DNA of 64,000 nt from Glaucostegus cemiculus (GCA_976551045.1 CDPCPM010000102.1:2790001-2854000); one strand, 5' to 3'. Numbered from the stretch's first letter, positions 26,524 to 38,466 are shown. Notes: generated from the letters alone by a model not told the origin. Numbers and translations are program-made.

Positions 26524-29239
26524 TATTGTTCCTGGTTTTCATTGTTTTAAAAGGGATAGGGAAGGGGGGAGAAGAGGAGGAGGGGTGGCGATACTGGTCA
26601 GGGACGATGTTACGGCTGCGGAAAGGGTGGATTTTGTAGAAGGATCCTCTCTCGAGTCGGTGTGGGTGGAAGTGAGGAACAGGAAGAGTGCGGTTACGCT
26701 GCTGGGGGTATACTATAGGCCCCCTGGTAGCAGTAGAGATATAGAGGAGCAGATTGGCAGGCAGTGTTTGGACAGAAGCAAAAATAACAGGGTTGTAATA
26801 ATGGGGGGTTTCAACTTCCCGAATATAGACTGGGACATGCTCAGTGCCAAAGGTTTAGATGGGAACGAGTTTAAGTGTGTCCAGGATGGATTCCTGACAC
26901 AGTATGTTGACAGGCCAACTAGAGGGAATGCGGTGTTGGATCTGGTTTTAGGAAATGAACTGGGACAGGTGAGGGATCTACTGGTGGGTGAGCATTTGGG
27001 GGACAGTGATCATTGCTCGATAAGCTTTAGAATTGTCATGGACAGGGATAGGTGCAGAGAGGACAGGAAGATATTTAATTGGGGAAGGGCAGACTATGAG
27101 GCTATAAGGAGAGAACTTGGGAGTGTAAATTGGGAAGTCCTTTTTGAGGGGAAGTGTACTGTGGAGATGTGGATGTTGTTCAGGGATGTTTTACAGGATG
27201 TTAGGGATAAATATGTCCCGGTGAGAAAGAGGAGGAATGGCAAGGTGAAGGAACCGTGGGTGACGAGAGAGGTGGAACGTCTGGTTAGGAGGAAGAAGGC
27301 GGCTTACGTAAGGTGTAAGCGGCAAGGCTCAGACGTGGCCCGTGAGGAATATAGTATAGTGAGGAAGGAACTTAAGAAAGAGCTGAGGAGAGCTAGAAGG
27401 AGACATGAAAAGATGTTGGCTAGTAGGGTAAAGGAAAATACCAAGGCTTTTTTCTCGTATGTGAAGGGCAGAAGGATGGCTCGGGTGAAGGTAGGTCCAA
27501 TTAAAGACAAAGGTGAGAGGATGTGCCTGGAGGCGGCAGAAGTAGGGGAGGTACTGAATGAATACTTCTCTTCCGTATTCACCAAGGAGAGGGGTCTGGA
27601 TGACGCGACAGAGAGTGCTGGTAAGGGTAATGTTCTTGAATATGTAGCTATCGAGAGGGAGGAGGTGTTGAAATTGTTAAATAATATCAAGGCGGATATG
27701 GCTCCGGGGCCTGAAGGAATATTCCCTAGGCTGCTTCGAGAGGCGAGGGAGGAGATTGTTGATCTGCTGGTGGGGATCTTTGAGTCCTCGCTGTCCACGA
27801 GGATGGTGCCGGAGGATTGGCGGGTAGCGGATGTCGTTCCCTTGTTTAAGAAAGGTAGTAAGGATAGTCCAGGAAATTACAGACCGGTGAGTCTCACGTC
27901 TGTGGTGGGTAAGCTGTTAGAAAGGATTCTGAGGGATAGGATCTATGAACACCTGGAGAGTCACGGACTGATTAGGGACAATCAGCATGGCTTTGTGAAG
28001 GGAAGATCTTGCCTCACGAGCCTCATAGAATTCTTTGAGGAGGTGACGAGGAAGCTTGATGAGGGCAGTGCCGTGGATGTAGTCTATATGGATTTTAGTA
28101 AGGTGTTCGATAAGGTTCCTCATGGCAGGCTTCTTCAGAAGGTCAGAGGTCGAGGCATCCAGGGGAGTTTGGCCGTGTGGATCAGGAATTGGCTTGCCTG
28201 TAGAAAGCAGAGGGTTGTGGTGGGGGGAGTGCCCTCAGATTGGAGGGCTGTGACTAGTGGTGTCCCGCAGGGATCGGTTCTGGGACCTCTACTCTTTGTT
28301 ATATTTATAGATGACTTAGATGGAGTGGATGGATGGGTTGGTAAGTTTGCGGATGACACCAAGATCGGTGGTGTGGTAGATAGTGTGGAGGACTGTAGGA
28401 GCTTACAGAGGGATATTGATAGGATGCAGAGCTGGGCAGACAGGTGGCAGATGGAGAAGTTTGAGGTGGTGCACTTTGGGAGGACGAACTCCAGGGCAGA
28501 GTACGAGGTAAATGGTAAGGTACTTGGCAGTGTAGAGGAGCAGAGGGATCTGGGGGTTCATATCCACAGTTCACTCAAAGTTGCCTCGCAGGTGGATAGG
28601 GCAGTTAAGAAGGCTTATGGGATGTTAGCTTTTATAAATCGTGGGATTGAGTTCAACAGCAGAGAGGTGATGATGCTGCTTTACAAAACTCTAGTTAGGC
28701 CGCACTTGGAATATTGTGTTCAGTTCTGGTCGGCACATTATAGGAAGGATGTGGAGGCGTCGTAGAGGGTACAGAGGCGACTTACCAGGATGATGCCTGG
28801 ATTAGAGGGTATGGAATATGAGGAGAGGCTTAATGTGCTAGGGCTCTACTCGGAGAGGAAAAGGATGAGAGGAGACTTGATAGAGGTGTATAAGATATTG
28901 AGAGGAATAGATAGAGTTGACAGCCAGCGCCTCTTTCCCAGAGCGCAGATGCACAAGACGAGAGGGCATGGCTGTAAGATATTGGGTGGAAAGTTTAGGG
29001 GAGATGTCAGAGGGAAGTTTTTTCACCCAGAGAGTGGTTGGCGCATGGAATGTGCTGCCTGGGGTGGTAGTAGAGGCAGATACGTTGGACAGGTTCAAGA
29101 GATTGTTGGATAGGCACATGGAAGAATGTGGAATAGTAGGATATGTGGGAGGAAAGAGTTAGATTGTGAGATGTTTGAAGGATGGCATAACTTGGTGGGC
29201 TGAAGGGCCTGTTTTGTGCTGTATTGTTCTATGGTTCTA
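26524..29239 (+). mobile_element. CR1-clade LINE (HER1-like), 5'-truncated, near-complete ORF2, in intron 6
   Basis: ORF 26492..28765 has APE endonuclease motifs (YRPP, SDH) and RT motifs (NYRPVSLTS, GVPQGSVLGP, KFADDTK); premature TAG at 28763-28765, later frameshift, 3' tail gggcctgttttgtgctgtattgttctatggttcta. Confidence 0.96.
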
Positions 29240-29375
29240 CATGCCCTCTTTTGAAGCATCTAATTCTCTCCTGAGCACATTTGTATTTCAGTTATCTTTG
29301 CTGAAGAGGGAGTTGACGTCAATGGTCCTGATCAGTCATTCAATAATGAAGCAGGCTCAAAAGGTTATGTGCCAC

Positions 29376-29930
29376 AAAAAACAGGGCGCTGGAAGAACTC
29401 AGCAGGTCAAGCAGTATCTGTGGCGCTGGAAGAACTCAGCAGGTCAAGCAGTATCTGTGGAGACAAATAGGTATATGCTGACCATTTGGGTCGAGATCCT
29501 GCATCAGGACTAAGGGGGAGGATTGCCAGTATACAGAAGTATGAGGGAGGGATGGTAAGTGACACAAGGAACCAGATGGGGGTGGGATGGGGGAAAAGAT
29601 GATAAGCAGATGGAACCAGGTGGCAGAGGGGAGGAGGGAGTGTATAAGAAATGTGAACAAAGGGAGAAGAACCCTAGGTGGCAAGGTGAGTGTGTGTGGA
29701 AGAATTTATCTGGTTCCACCTTTCAGCTACCTGCCTCTGTCCCACCCCTACCTTGCACTTCTGTACACTGGAAATCTTTTCATTTCCCTCTCGGTCCTAA
29801 TGCAGGGTCTAGACCTGAAACCTCGACATGCCCGTTTTTCTTACACAGATGCTGTTTGACCCACTGAGTCTTCCAATGTTCTGGGTTTTTTTTGTTCCAG
29901 CTTAGCAACTGTAGTCTCTTTTGTCTTCAA
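29376..29930. mobile_element. Penelope-like-element-derived non-autonomous fold-back element (inverted arms)
   Basis: Left arm gctggaagaactcagcaggtcaagcagtatctgtg...ggaaccagat pairs with right arm atctggttcc...cacagatgctgtttgacccactgagtcttcca; the same arm sequence abuts GIY-YIG ORF remnants at 16046-16625 and 18025-18780. Confidence 0.75.
29385..29460 (+). repeat. Perfect 37-bp tandem duplication
   Basis: ggcgctggaagaactcagcaggtcaagcagtatctgt starts at both 29385 and 29422. Confidence 0.95.
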
Positions 29931-31776
29931 AACATCATATGACCTCCTGCAATTTCTTATCTTAAGCATTGTGACTCTTTAGGTGGAAAAGTTATACCTC
30001 ATTTGCCACCTTGGTTCCTGGCTACAAGAGATCATTTAAGAGCACCGACAGAATAAATTTGCAAAATCAAACAAATATTTCAAATCTTCCACTTCCATTA
30101 TTTCTCTTCTTGCTCAGAAATGCAATTTTCAAAAGTTTTGTTGACCATGTGAAGAGTGATGCTTTTTTCCCCCCCAACCTCAACTCCTTTTTGATAGAAT
30201 TTTTGAACTGTGTGGACTATTCCTTTTCATTGCTTTTCCTAGCCTGGTAATGTGTTTACAATAATATGGTTTCTGAAAAGCCAAAATACTTCCCCATTAG
30301 TCAAAATCTAGGTTTGTCAGAATATTTGTATATTAGGACTGGATTCATAGGAAAAATCGTATGATCCAAGAATGGCCTCTTTTTATTCAAAAGAATTTAT
30401 TTTTCTGTCTGTTTTTTGCTTCTTTCCTCCTACTAAATTTTCTTTACATTCTTTGTGATTAGATTAGCTGCCACTTTCTTCATCCAGGAGCTCTAAATTG
30501 CTTCTGAAAATAAGTTATTTTGTCTTTGTCTTCGAACTGCCTTAAGGAACTGGAATACTTATCTGGGCAAATGCTGATACACCAAAAGTAGACAATTTGC
30601 TTCAGGTTGTTATTGTCTGTAGATAACCATAATCAAAGAGAAGAAACTGTTAAACAGTGTCATGCCAGACAAATTCTAAATATCAAAGCTTGTTTGACCT
30701 TGTAGACATCCCTCTAGATCAATCCACACCATCACTACTTTGATCAGATTAACTATTCTTAACGTGATGTTGTTGACAATGCTGTTTTTTGGCTTTAAAG
30801 TAACGTCAGACATTTTTCTTATTCGGCTATAAGCTTCTTCAGTAAAATGGAAATCGTCAATTCAGTGGTATTCTAACACATTCCAATTAAGGATATAGAT
30901 TTCAACATTGGGAGGAGGCAGAGGCCTCTACACTGCTTTGTTGTGGTTAGCATGATGATTTATTCATACTATTTGGAATAATTTCAACATTAGATATTCT
31001 CATGTCAGGTATCCACCCATGTACTGATGACCAGTTGGTTAAATGCATTGTGTTAATTTGTTTTCACTTGATTTTATTTCCTTCCTGCACATCTCCCAAA
31101 TACTTTTTACTTTAAAGTATGATGTTAAAATTTGCAAGGGATGTTTAAGTCCATTCCATCCCCACCCTGTCATTTCTGAAAAGTACGTTAACAAGTGACC
31201 ATTGCTAAGATCAGAAGACATTCTGCAGTCTGAGTGAAAGGCCATCAGAGCTTCCTAATCTAAAGTGCACTCTTCATGAGATCAAACTCTTTCGTTTGAT
31301 TTAAGTGGGCTGCAGAGAATCTCAAGTTTCATACTGGAGCACAATTTTATAACTTGTATGCATTTTTATTTCCCTACCATCTTCTCCCAGATTGAGACTG
31401 GAATATGCCCATGGTGTAAGTCAGTTCTGTCTTGTATTATTTTATTTCCATCCTTTCAAATTTGACTTTTAACTCATCTACATGACCAATACTTATCCGT
31501 ACTTGTCTCCTGCAATGTTGCTGTACTTGTGCTGAAAAGAGAACTGTGTCTTTTTTTTGTTTAGAGGGCAACATTTCTGTAATTTCTTTTAACTCTGCAC
31601 TTTTTTAATGTTGGCCTTAAATGGAAAGGTAAAACAGAATTACATTGTAAATTGTATATTTGGTTGATGAAACCATTGTAAAATTCTTTATTTCAAAGCA
31701 TGCAGCTTCTTAAAGACAATAGTATAACCTCTGTGTTCCAACTGTATTAAGTGTTGATGCTTCATGTTTTCTCCAG

Positions 31777-31966
31777 TTAATGAGCCACGCCCAAGGTTAC
31801 ATAACCACAGTATCAGTGGTAGCAGTGTGCAAGAGGTAACCAGTGGTCTGAGTGCAAGTGGAAGTAATCTGGACAGAGCGGGTGTAAAACTGGAAAATGA
31901 TCAATCAGCAAGCACAGTAGCACTAGCAGGAAGCATGCTTAGTGCTGAACAGGATTCTTCAAACAG
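31777..31966 (+). CDS. RNF19A-like: RNF19-like coding exon 7
   Basis: Acceptor ttttctccag|, VNEPRPRLHNHSI...LSASGSNLDR...SASTVALAGSML...NR (RNF19 HNPSI / LSASGS / ASTMALAG motifs), donor AG|gtgagt; phases 1 to 2. Confidence 0.9.
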
Positions 31967-32529
31967 GTGAGTGGATAGTAAAGTTACTTGAAATGTCCTT
32001 GTATTTGGGGGTAATTTACACAGGCAGTTTTTAAGTCTTTGCTGAGCATAGATTTATGGACAACATTTAATAGCATTCTAATTATGTTGCTTACTTCAAT
32101 CATTACTTTTATTAATAAATCAGCATGTCAACTATGAGGTTGTTTGATTTACAATGCAAGTTTGCTGATTGAACCAGAACTCTGCCAAATCTAAGGGACA
32201 AGTTGGTTAGAATCCCAGAATCGCTCCCCCCTGCCACACCAGTCACAATAAAATAAGGTGGTTGTTCCATCCTTTCTCTTCTGTACTTTCACCCCCTAGG
32301 TAACAGTAAGCAAATATTTCCATTTAATTTATCAGAAATAAGAATGCTTTGTGTGTATTACTCTATTAGAAAATTCCCTAATACTGCCAAGATTGCATTT
32401 TTTTTTCGTATGTAGAAAGAGAAAATTTTGGAAATACAACAGGCCAGCAATGTTCAAAAAGAGTGCTCAGCTCTTCTCTGCCAATGTTTCACCAGTTCCA
32501 ATACACTGTTACCCAGATTTCATTGAGTA

Positions 32530-33890
32530 TTGCATCAAGGAGCCCTGACTGAACTGGAGTCAGTGGGAATCAGGGAGAAAACCCTCCACTGGTTGGAATC
32601 CTACCTGACACAAAGGTAGATGGTTGTGGTGGTGGGAGGTCAATCATCTCAGCCACTGGACATCTCTGCAGGAGTTCCTCAGAGTAGGGTCCTAGGCCCA
32701 AGCATCTTTACTTGCTTCATTAATGACCTTCCTTCAATCATAAGTCAGAAATAGGGATGTTTGCTGATGATTGCACAATGTTCAGCATCATTCGCAACTC
32801 CTCAGAAAACTGAAGCAGTTTGCAGTCAAATGCAGCAAGACCTGGATGATATCTCGCCCTGGGCTGATAGGTGGCAAGTAACACGTTTGCACCATATAAG
32901 TGCCAGGCATTGATAATGTCCAACAAGAGAAAATCCAGTTCGCACCCCGTGACATTTAATGGTATTACCATCACTGAATCCCCCCACTATCAACCTGGGG
33001 TTACCATTGACTAGAGACGGAACTGGAGTAGTCATTATAAACAATCTGACTACAAGAGCAGATCAGAAGCAAGGAATCCTGTGGTAAGTATCTTGCCTCC
33101 TAATTCCCCAAAGCCTGTCCACCATCTACAAGGCTCAAGTCAGAAGTACCTGCATGAGTACAGCTTCAATAAGGGCGGCACGATAGCGTAGCGGTTAGCG
33201 CGACGCTGATACAGCGCCAGCGATCGGGGTTCAATTCCCGTCGCTGTCTGTAAGGAGTTTGTACGTTCTCCCCTGTCTGCGTGGGTTTCCTCCGGGTGCT
33301 CCGGTTTCCTCCCACATTCTGAAAGACGTACAGGTAGGTTAATTAGGGGGTTTAAAATGGTCGGCGTGGACGGAGGGCCAAAAGGGCCTGTTACCATGCT
33401 GTAAATAGAATAAAAAGTAAATAGAATAAAATAACATTCAAGAAGCTCAACAGCGTACAGGACATGGCAACCTATTTGATAGTCACCCCATCCATAACCA
33501 TTCACTCAGTCCACCACCGATACACAGTAACAGCAGTTTGTACCATCTACATGATGCACTGCAGCAACTCACTTAAGGTTCTTTAGACAACACCTTCCAA
33601 ACCAACAACCTCTACTAGGCAGCAAAAACATGGGAGCACCATCATCTGGAAGTTGCCTTCCAAGCCATTTACTATCCTGATTTGGCAACATATTGCCATT
33701 CCTTCACTGTCACTGGGTTAAAATCCTGCAACTGACTCCCTAAACAGCATTGTGGGTATACCCACACCTCAAGGACTGCAGCAATTCAAGAAGGCAGTTG
33801 CCCTCTGCAGGGGCAACCAGAAATGGGCAATTTAGTGCTGGCTCAGCCTGTGAAGCCCACATCCCTTGAATGAATATACTTAAAAAAAGA
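32530..33890 (+). mobile_element. Second CR1/L2-group LINE family ('family B'), RT plus 3' end, interrupted by the 33173 SINE
   Basis: ggagttcctcagagtagggtcctaggccca (GVPQxxVLGP), atgtttgctgatgattgc (MFADDC); tail gggcaa...gcccacatcccttgaatgaata; stops and frameshifts. Confidence 0.8.
33173..33429 (+). mobile_element. Young full-length tRNA-derived V-SINE with CR1-like tail
   Basis: A box TAGCGTAGCGG 33184-33194, B box GGTTCAATTCCC 33228-33239, V-domain (gtctgcgtgggtttcctccgggtgctccggtttcctcccac), tail gggccaaaagggcctgtt...gctgta; AATAA duplicated at 33168-33172 and 33430-33434; CpGs intact. Confidence 0.9.
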
Positions 33891-34064
33891 TGCTGATTGA
33901 CCTAATGTGTCCTGTCAGTACTTTTTGATTTTAGTTTGTCTCTGTTTTTTCATCATCTGCATATTTTTAATCTTCCCCTTGAATTTGTGGATTTAAGTGT
34001 ATTTAATAATTATGCAATGCATTATGGTTTTGGCAATCTATACTAAATGCTGCTTTTGTTATAG

Positions 34065-34248
34065 GGAGGGAAAGAACATAGAGGTCCATGTGGACATTGA
34101 AACAGAGCCTGGTGGGGCAAAAGACCGCAGCAGCAGTAGCTACTTGTCTGTTCACAGCTTGTCCATGGAATCACCACACTGTTCTCGAGAACTGTTATGC
34201 AGCACTAACCCAAACACTGAAAGGATTTCCATTCAGACCTGCGTATGA
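34065..34248 (+). CDS. RNF19A-like: RNF19-like terminal coding exon 8
   Basis: Acceptor ttttgttatag|, REGKNIEVHVDIETEP...ISIQTCV* (compare RNF19A EGNSMEVQVDIES and C-terminal AIQTEI, from memory); TGA at 34246-34248. Spliced CDS totals 1623 nt with no internal stop. Confidence 0.88.
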
Positions 34249-37180
34249 AAGGCTTTAAACACTATTCTTCTTCAGGTGCAGTAATTTTTCTCCCATTAAT
34301 CAAAACTTAAAATATTGTTGAATTGCTGAATTTTTGCAGCTGTAACCTCTTGTATCTCAATGCAGATACAGGCAAATGACTGTTTCAGTTCTAGGCTAAA
34401 CCTTGCTCATCTGACCAGTAGCAAGTGTACTTTTCTTCAGAAATAAAGAAGTAACATATTCAATGATTTTAATGAACATTACCAACCTGGATAAAGGCCG
34501 ATTTATTGTTGTAAAAACTCAGTCTTAAAATGGCAGTTTATTTCTAAAGCCTGAACTTTTCTAATGGTGACCACTGGAGGGGGTGATTGTTCATAAGAAT
34601 ACTGTATTACTTCATTGACAGCAGTAACGGTGGTTTTCTTATTTCGTTCAGGATTGAATGTGCCACCTTCTGCCTATGGCTGGTGAAAATCCACCTTTTG
34701 ATCTCTGTGCTCGATTTCAAACCATGACAACAGCAATTTGACGTTTTAATTACGATACTGCTGTGACATTTGTCTTCTGAGATGGATGCTGAAATACAAA
34801 CCTGCAGTTTCACCACTGGCTGGCTCTGGAGTTGTATGCGCAGTGTAATATTTGCCAATTTTAAAGGCCTTTTGCTGCAAAGTATCACTATTGTTTAACT
34901 GGAAGTACCCAAGAAGTATGAAATCAGTTAGTGTAGAGTTTTGTACAGTCTCTGATTGTGATTCCCTTAAATCCAGAGACCACAGAGTGCCAGAAATGTT
35001 TGTTTTGGTATGTGGAATTATTGGAGAAACTGAACATAATTGACTTCAGTAAGACTTAAAGCTCTGCAGGAATATACACCGATTATATTAAAAGCTTCTG
35101 AGTGCTCAGCAGACGACGTTAGCCTGCAAGAATTTGGAACAGCATGTTTAATATCTCAAATGTGCGCAATAGCAGTGAATAAGTTACCAGGTGTTATTGT
35201 TGAATTAAATGAGTCAGCTTTAGCTTTGTATCAGCTGGAAGAAAGTGTTATTTTGGTAATTAACCTCAAAGTTTGGAGCTAAATAGTCAGATGGTCTCTT
35301 GATAATCTTTGTAAAATGGGCACATTATAATCTCCATTCTAAATTGTAAACCTTGATTGCAGCACATTTTGAGCATGTCCTGTCAGAGTGGAGGACCCTT
35401 ATTTTGCTGCTATGTTGAATTGTGCACCAAAGATTGACTGGTTCCATCTGCAAAAACTGGTTCCATACCTTAAAGGAGCATTCCTTCATAAACTGGACTC
35501 TGAGCACACTCGTATTGCTGCCATCATACAATGAAAGCAGTTCCCTGAGTTGATTTCTATGAATAGAGCTGAAGAATTACAGAGCTCCAAATATGACATT
35601 GCCAGGCCTCCATTGTGCCATGTTCTTGCACCCAAAGTGCTATTGCCTTAGTCTTTGAGGATTACATTACAGAAACTGTATGTCACTTCTAGCTTGCAGA
35701 GGCAGGCTTGGAGAGCCTAACAGAACAGTTGATTCTTGAAAATAAAAGGATGCCTTGTATTAGAAAGATTTTTTTTAATAATAAATATTTTCTTCTTCAT
35801 TCATAAACCACTAAGTGAATATTTTGCAGTATTTTCAATGTGTTTTGTAAAGTCTGTTGTCAAGGGATGCTCCTTTTAAACTGCATGATTGCTTTAATTT
35901 AATTTAGAACACAATACAACTTAAAAACATATATTGTCAATATTCATTGTAACTTCTGCTTTGCTGTTGTATGAGCATAACCAATGTGCACATGTCAATA
36001 TGGCAGCTGAGATATTAAACATATTTGCCATTAAACCTGGTGTAATTGTAAGCTGGACCTTAAGATATTAAGGTTATATAAGAGCTATATGTATCTTTAA
36101 TTCACTAGATTACACACACAGTGATCGATACAGTCAGGAAAGATTATTATATTGTGGCTCTGCCATAAAACACAATAGGCTATAATATATGGATATGAAA
36201 TGAAAATGCTTTCAATGTAAACAGACAAGTGAGAAATGTTGAATGCATGTCCTTGCCACTCGCAGTGTCTCAAAGAAATATAAGAATGTCTTTGTTCTGG
36301 TAGGGGCTTTAAAACTATTCAGTGTTATCATGCCCTGAACTCTTTAGTGATGTGATCACAATAAGTTGTAAATGTGCATCTATAAGGATATTTGCTAAAT
36401 ATCCAAAAGTATGAATTTGAGTGAACTTTTTCACTATTGAATGATGTCACCACTTAGAAACTTGAATAACTGAATATTTAATTTCCATTTCCTGAGACTG
36501 GTTAAAACCAGAGAACTGTGCAAGACTGGAAATTGTGTTCGGTTAATCAATTGTCGTGCAGTTTCTGGCCAGGTTCAACACATTCAATTTACTTTAATTT
36601 ATTATTTGGAAGTTAAAGGTGAAATGGCAATTGTAATTTGAATGGAGGAATTTGAGTTAGAATATAAATGATCCATGTGACTCGTGGATTATTATTGTTA
36701 TTGGTTATAATTTTTAAATTAATCTATCTCTAGCTGTCCCTTATCTTGATGAAGTTACCTTGAGGTACAAGGAACACAGATACTTATTCATAGTAACTTG
36801 GTGTGTTTTCACATTCAAGTTTGTTAAAATTGTCTTTCCTCATCAGAGAGGAAAGAATTAAATCTCTTGCTAATGTTGTTGTATAGACATTAACTTGCTA
36901 ATTTTTAAATAGAACACCTGATTTTTTTTTTGAAAAGCTATCCATTGTCTTTTTCAACAATTGAGTTCCTTTTGAAGACTGGAAACGTGATTACCCTCCG
37001 TTTTAACTAGTCTTGATCTCAAATGCATTACATGCATTTTTTGTTTCAAAGTAACACCATTTTAACGTAATTCTCACGCCATATGATAGTTTTGGAAGCA
37101 AAAATGCAAGAAATTGTTGAACATCTACAGACTTTTTTATTTATTATCATTAATAAATTTATTGATATTTTAGTTTTCTG
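34249..37180 (+). other. Putative long 3' UTR of the RNF19-like gene
   Basis: About 2.9 kb with no repeat I could recognise, unlike its flanks; AATAAA at 34442, near 35741, near 35779 and at 37152 (the last followed by U-rich sequence). The end is uncertain. Confidence 0.45.
37152..37157 (+). promoter_or_regulatory. Candidate distal polyadenylation signal
   Basis: AATAAA with U-rich upstream and U/GU-rich downstream sequence at the end of the repeat-free block. Confidence 0.35.
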
Positions 37181-38011
37181 TTGAAAACTTGATAATTTAA
37201 GACTTTTAAGGAGATTAATTTGTATTTTGGCTAGCCAATGTTGTCATAGGGCCCATTATATGTTATACAGCTCTTCTAATCTATTTGGCCACTCACTCAG
37301 ATCATGGCATCTTTGCATCTCTCTCCAGTCTTCAATTTCAATTAATATGGCATTCAGAACTGTTGGAAACAGTTATGTTTTTCAGCTACCTTTTGTATGG
37401 AACTTGCCCTTATTTCACTTATAAATGACCCATCTCCATTTTTGAGATTATCAGCCCTAGTTTCTAAACTCCCTTGACCCTATTAATTTTCATTCTCATT
37501 TTAAACATTTTAATTAAATACTACTTGCCCTTGGTCCATAGAATTTTGTGATATCCATTCTGCTAAAATTATATGCATAACAAGATCAGATTTTTTTTAA
37601 CAGAATAAATAAGAAATGCGTGGGCTCATAGTGGTGATGGTAGCAATTGCATCTTTCTGTTGAATTTAAGACAGACTGAGTAATGTTCCTCGCCTACTGG
37701 CAGGCAAACTCATCTTTCATTATCCATCAAAAAGATCAAAGTTAAGTATTCTGTTAAGTGTACCTTGATTTCCTCCTTTCTCCAGAAATGTACTTAATCT
37801 CTCTGGAATTTTTTTAAATAACTCCTTCTATCTACATTCTGATTGTACAGATATTTTAAAAGCAAATCTGATTTGACAATGATATGTCACTTCTTTTGGA
37901 CCTTCCATTTTAGAAACAATGTGTATTTTTGCATGATCATAAATGGCAAATGACTTAACTTTTAAAAAAAAATTTTAATCATTAAGTATCTTTAGTTACC
38001 ATGATAATTTA

Positions 38012-38434
38012 CAGGGCATTCCCAGGTTACAACAGGGTTCCATTCATTAGGCCTGTGTATGGGCCGAATTTTTCGCAAGTCAGAAAGGAACAAGAACAGC
38101 GTGTGGGAGAGGATCACAGAAGCAGTTGTGATGGGAGAGTGAGCGGGTACAGGAAGTGCAGCAGCCAGCTGGCCTCACTGACTTGGTGAGCAAGTGAGTC
38201 TGCTCAGCTTCAACCCAGCCCTCCCATTATAGCAGCTGGGAAGTGGGAGGAGGGGGCATGCAGCAAGGCGTGGGGGCGGTGGTAAAGAAGGCACCCACTC
38301 TCACCTGGCAGAAGATACCTGTGACCAACAGCTGCCAGCAAATCCATTCCCATTCATTCCACCAGTCTCCCAAAGGTTTGTTCATATGTTTGGAGTGTCC
38401 ATCAGTCGAGCGCTCATAACCTGGAGAGGACCTG
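38012..38434. mobile_element. pogo/Tigger-like MITE with a different internal sequence
   Basis: TA-flanked; ends cagggcattcccaggtta / taacctggagaggacctg. Confidence 0.6.
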
Positions 38435-38466
38435 TATGTGAATATATTTCCTAATTCAGCCATTGG

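Noticed and set aside
27304-28574. Minus-strand ORFs of 68-164 aa
   Set aside because: Antisense shadows of the CR1 ORF2 with no independent protein signature.
29385-29460. CRISPR-like 37-bp direct repeats
   Set aside because: Two abutting copies without a spacer, in vertebrate DNA with no cas genes.
33173-33245. tRNA gene
   Set aside because: A and B boxes are present but the sequence continues into a V-SINE core and LINE tail, so it is a SINE head.
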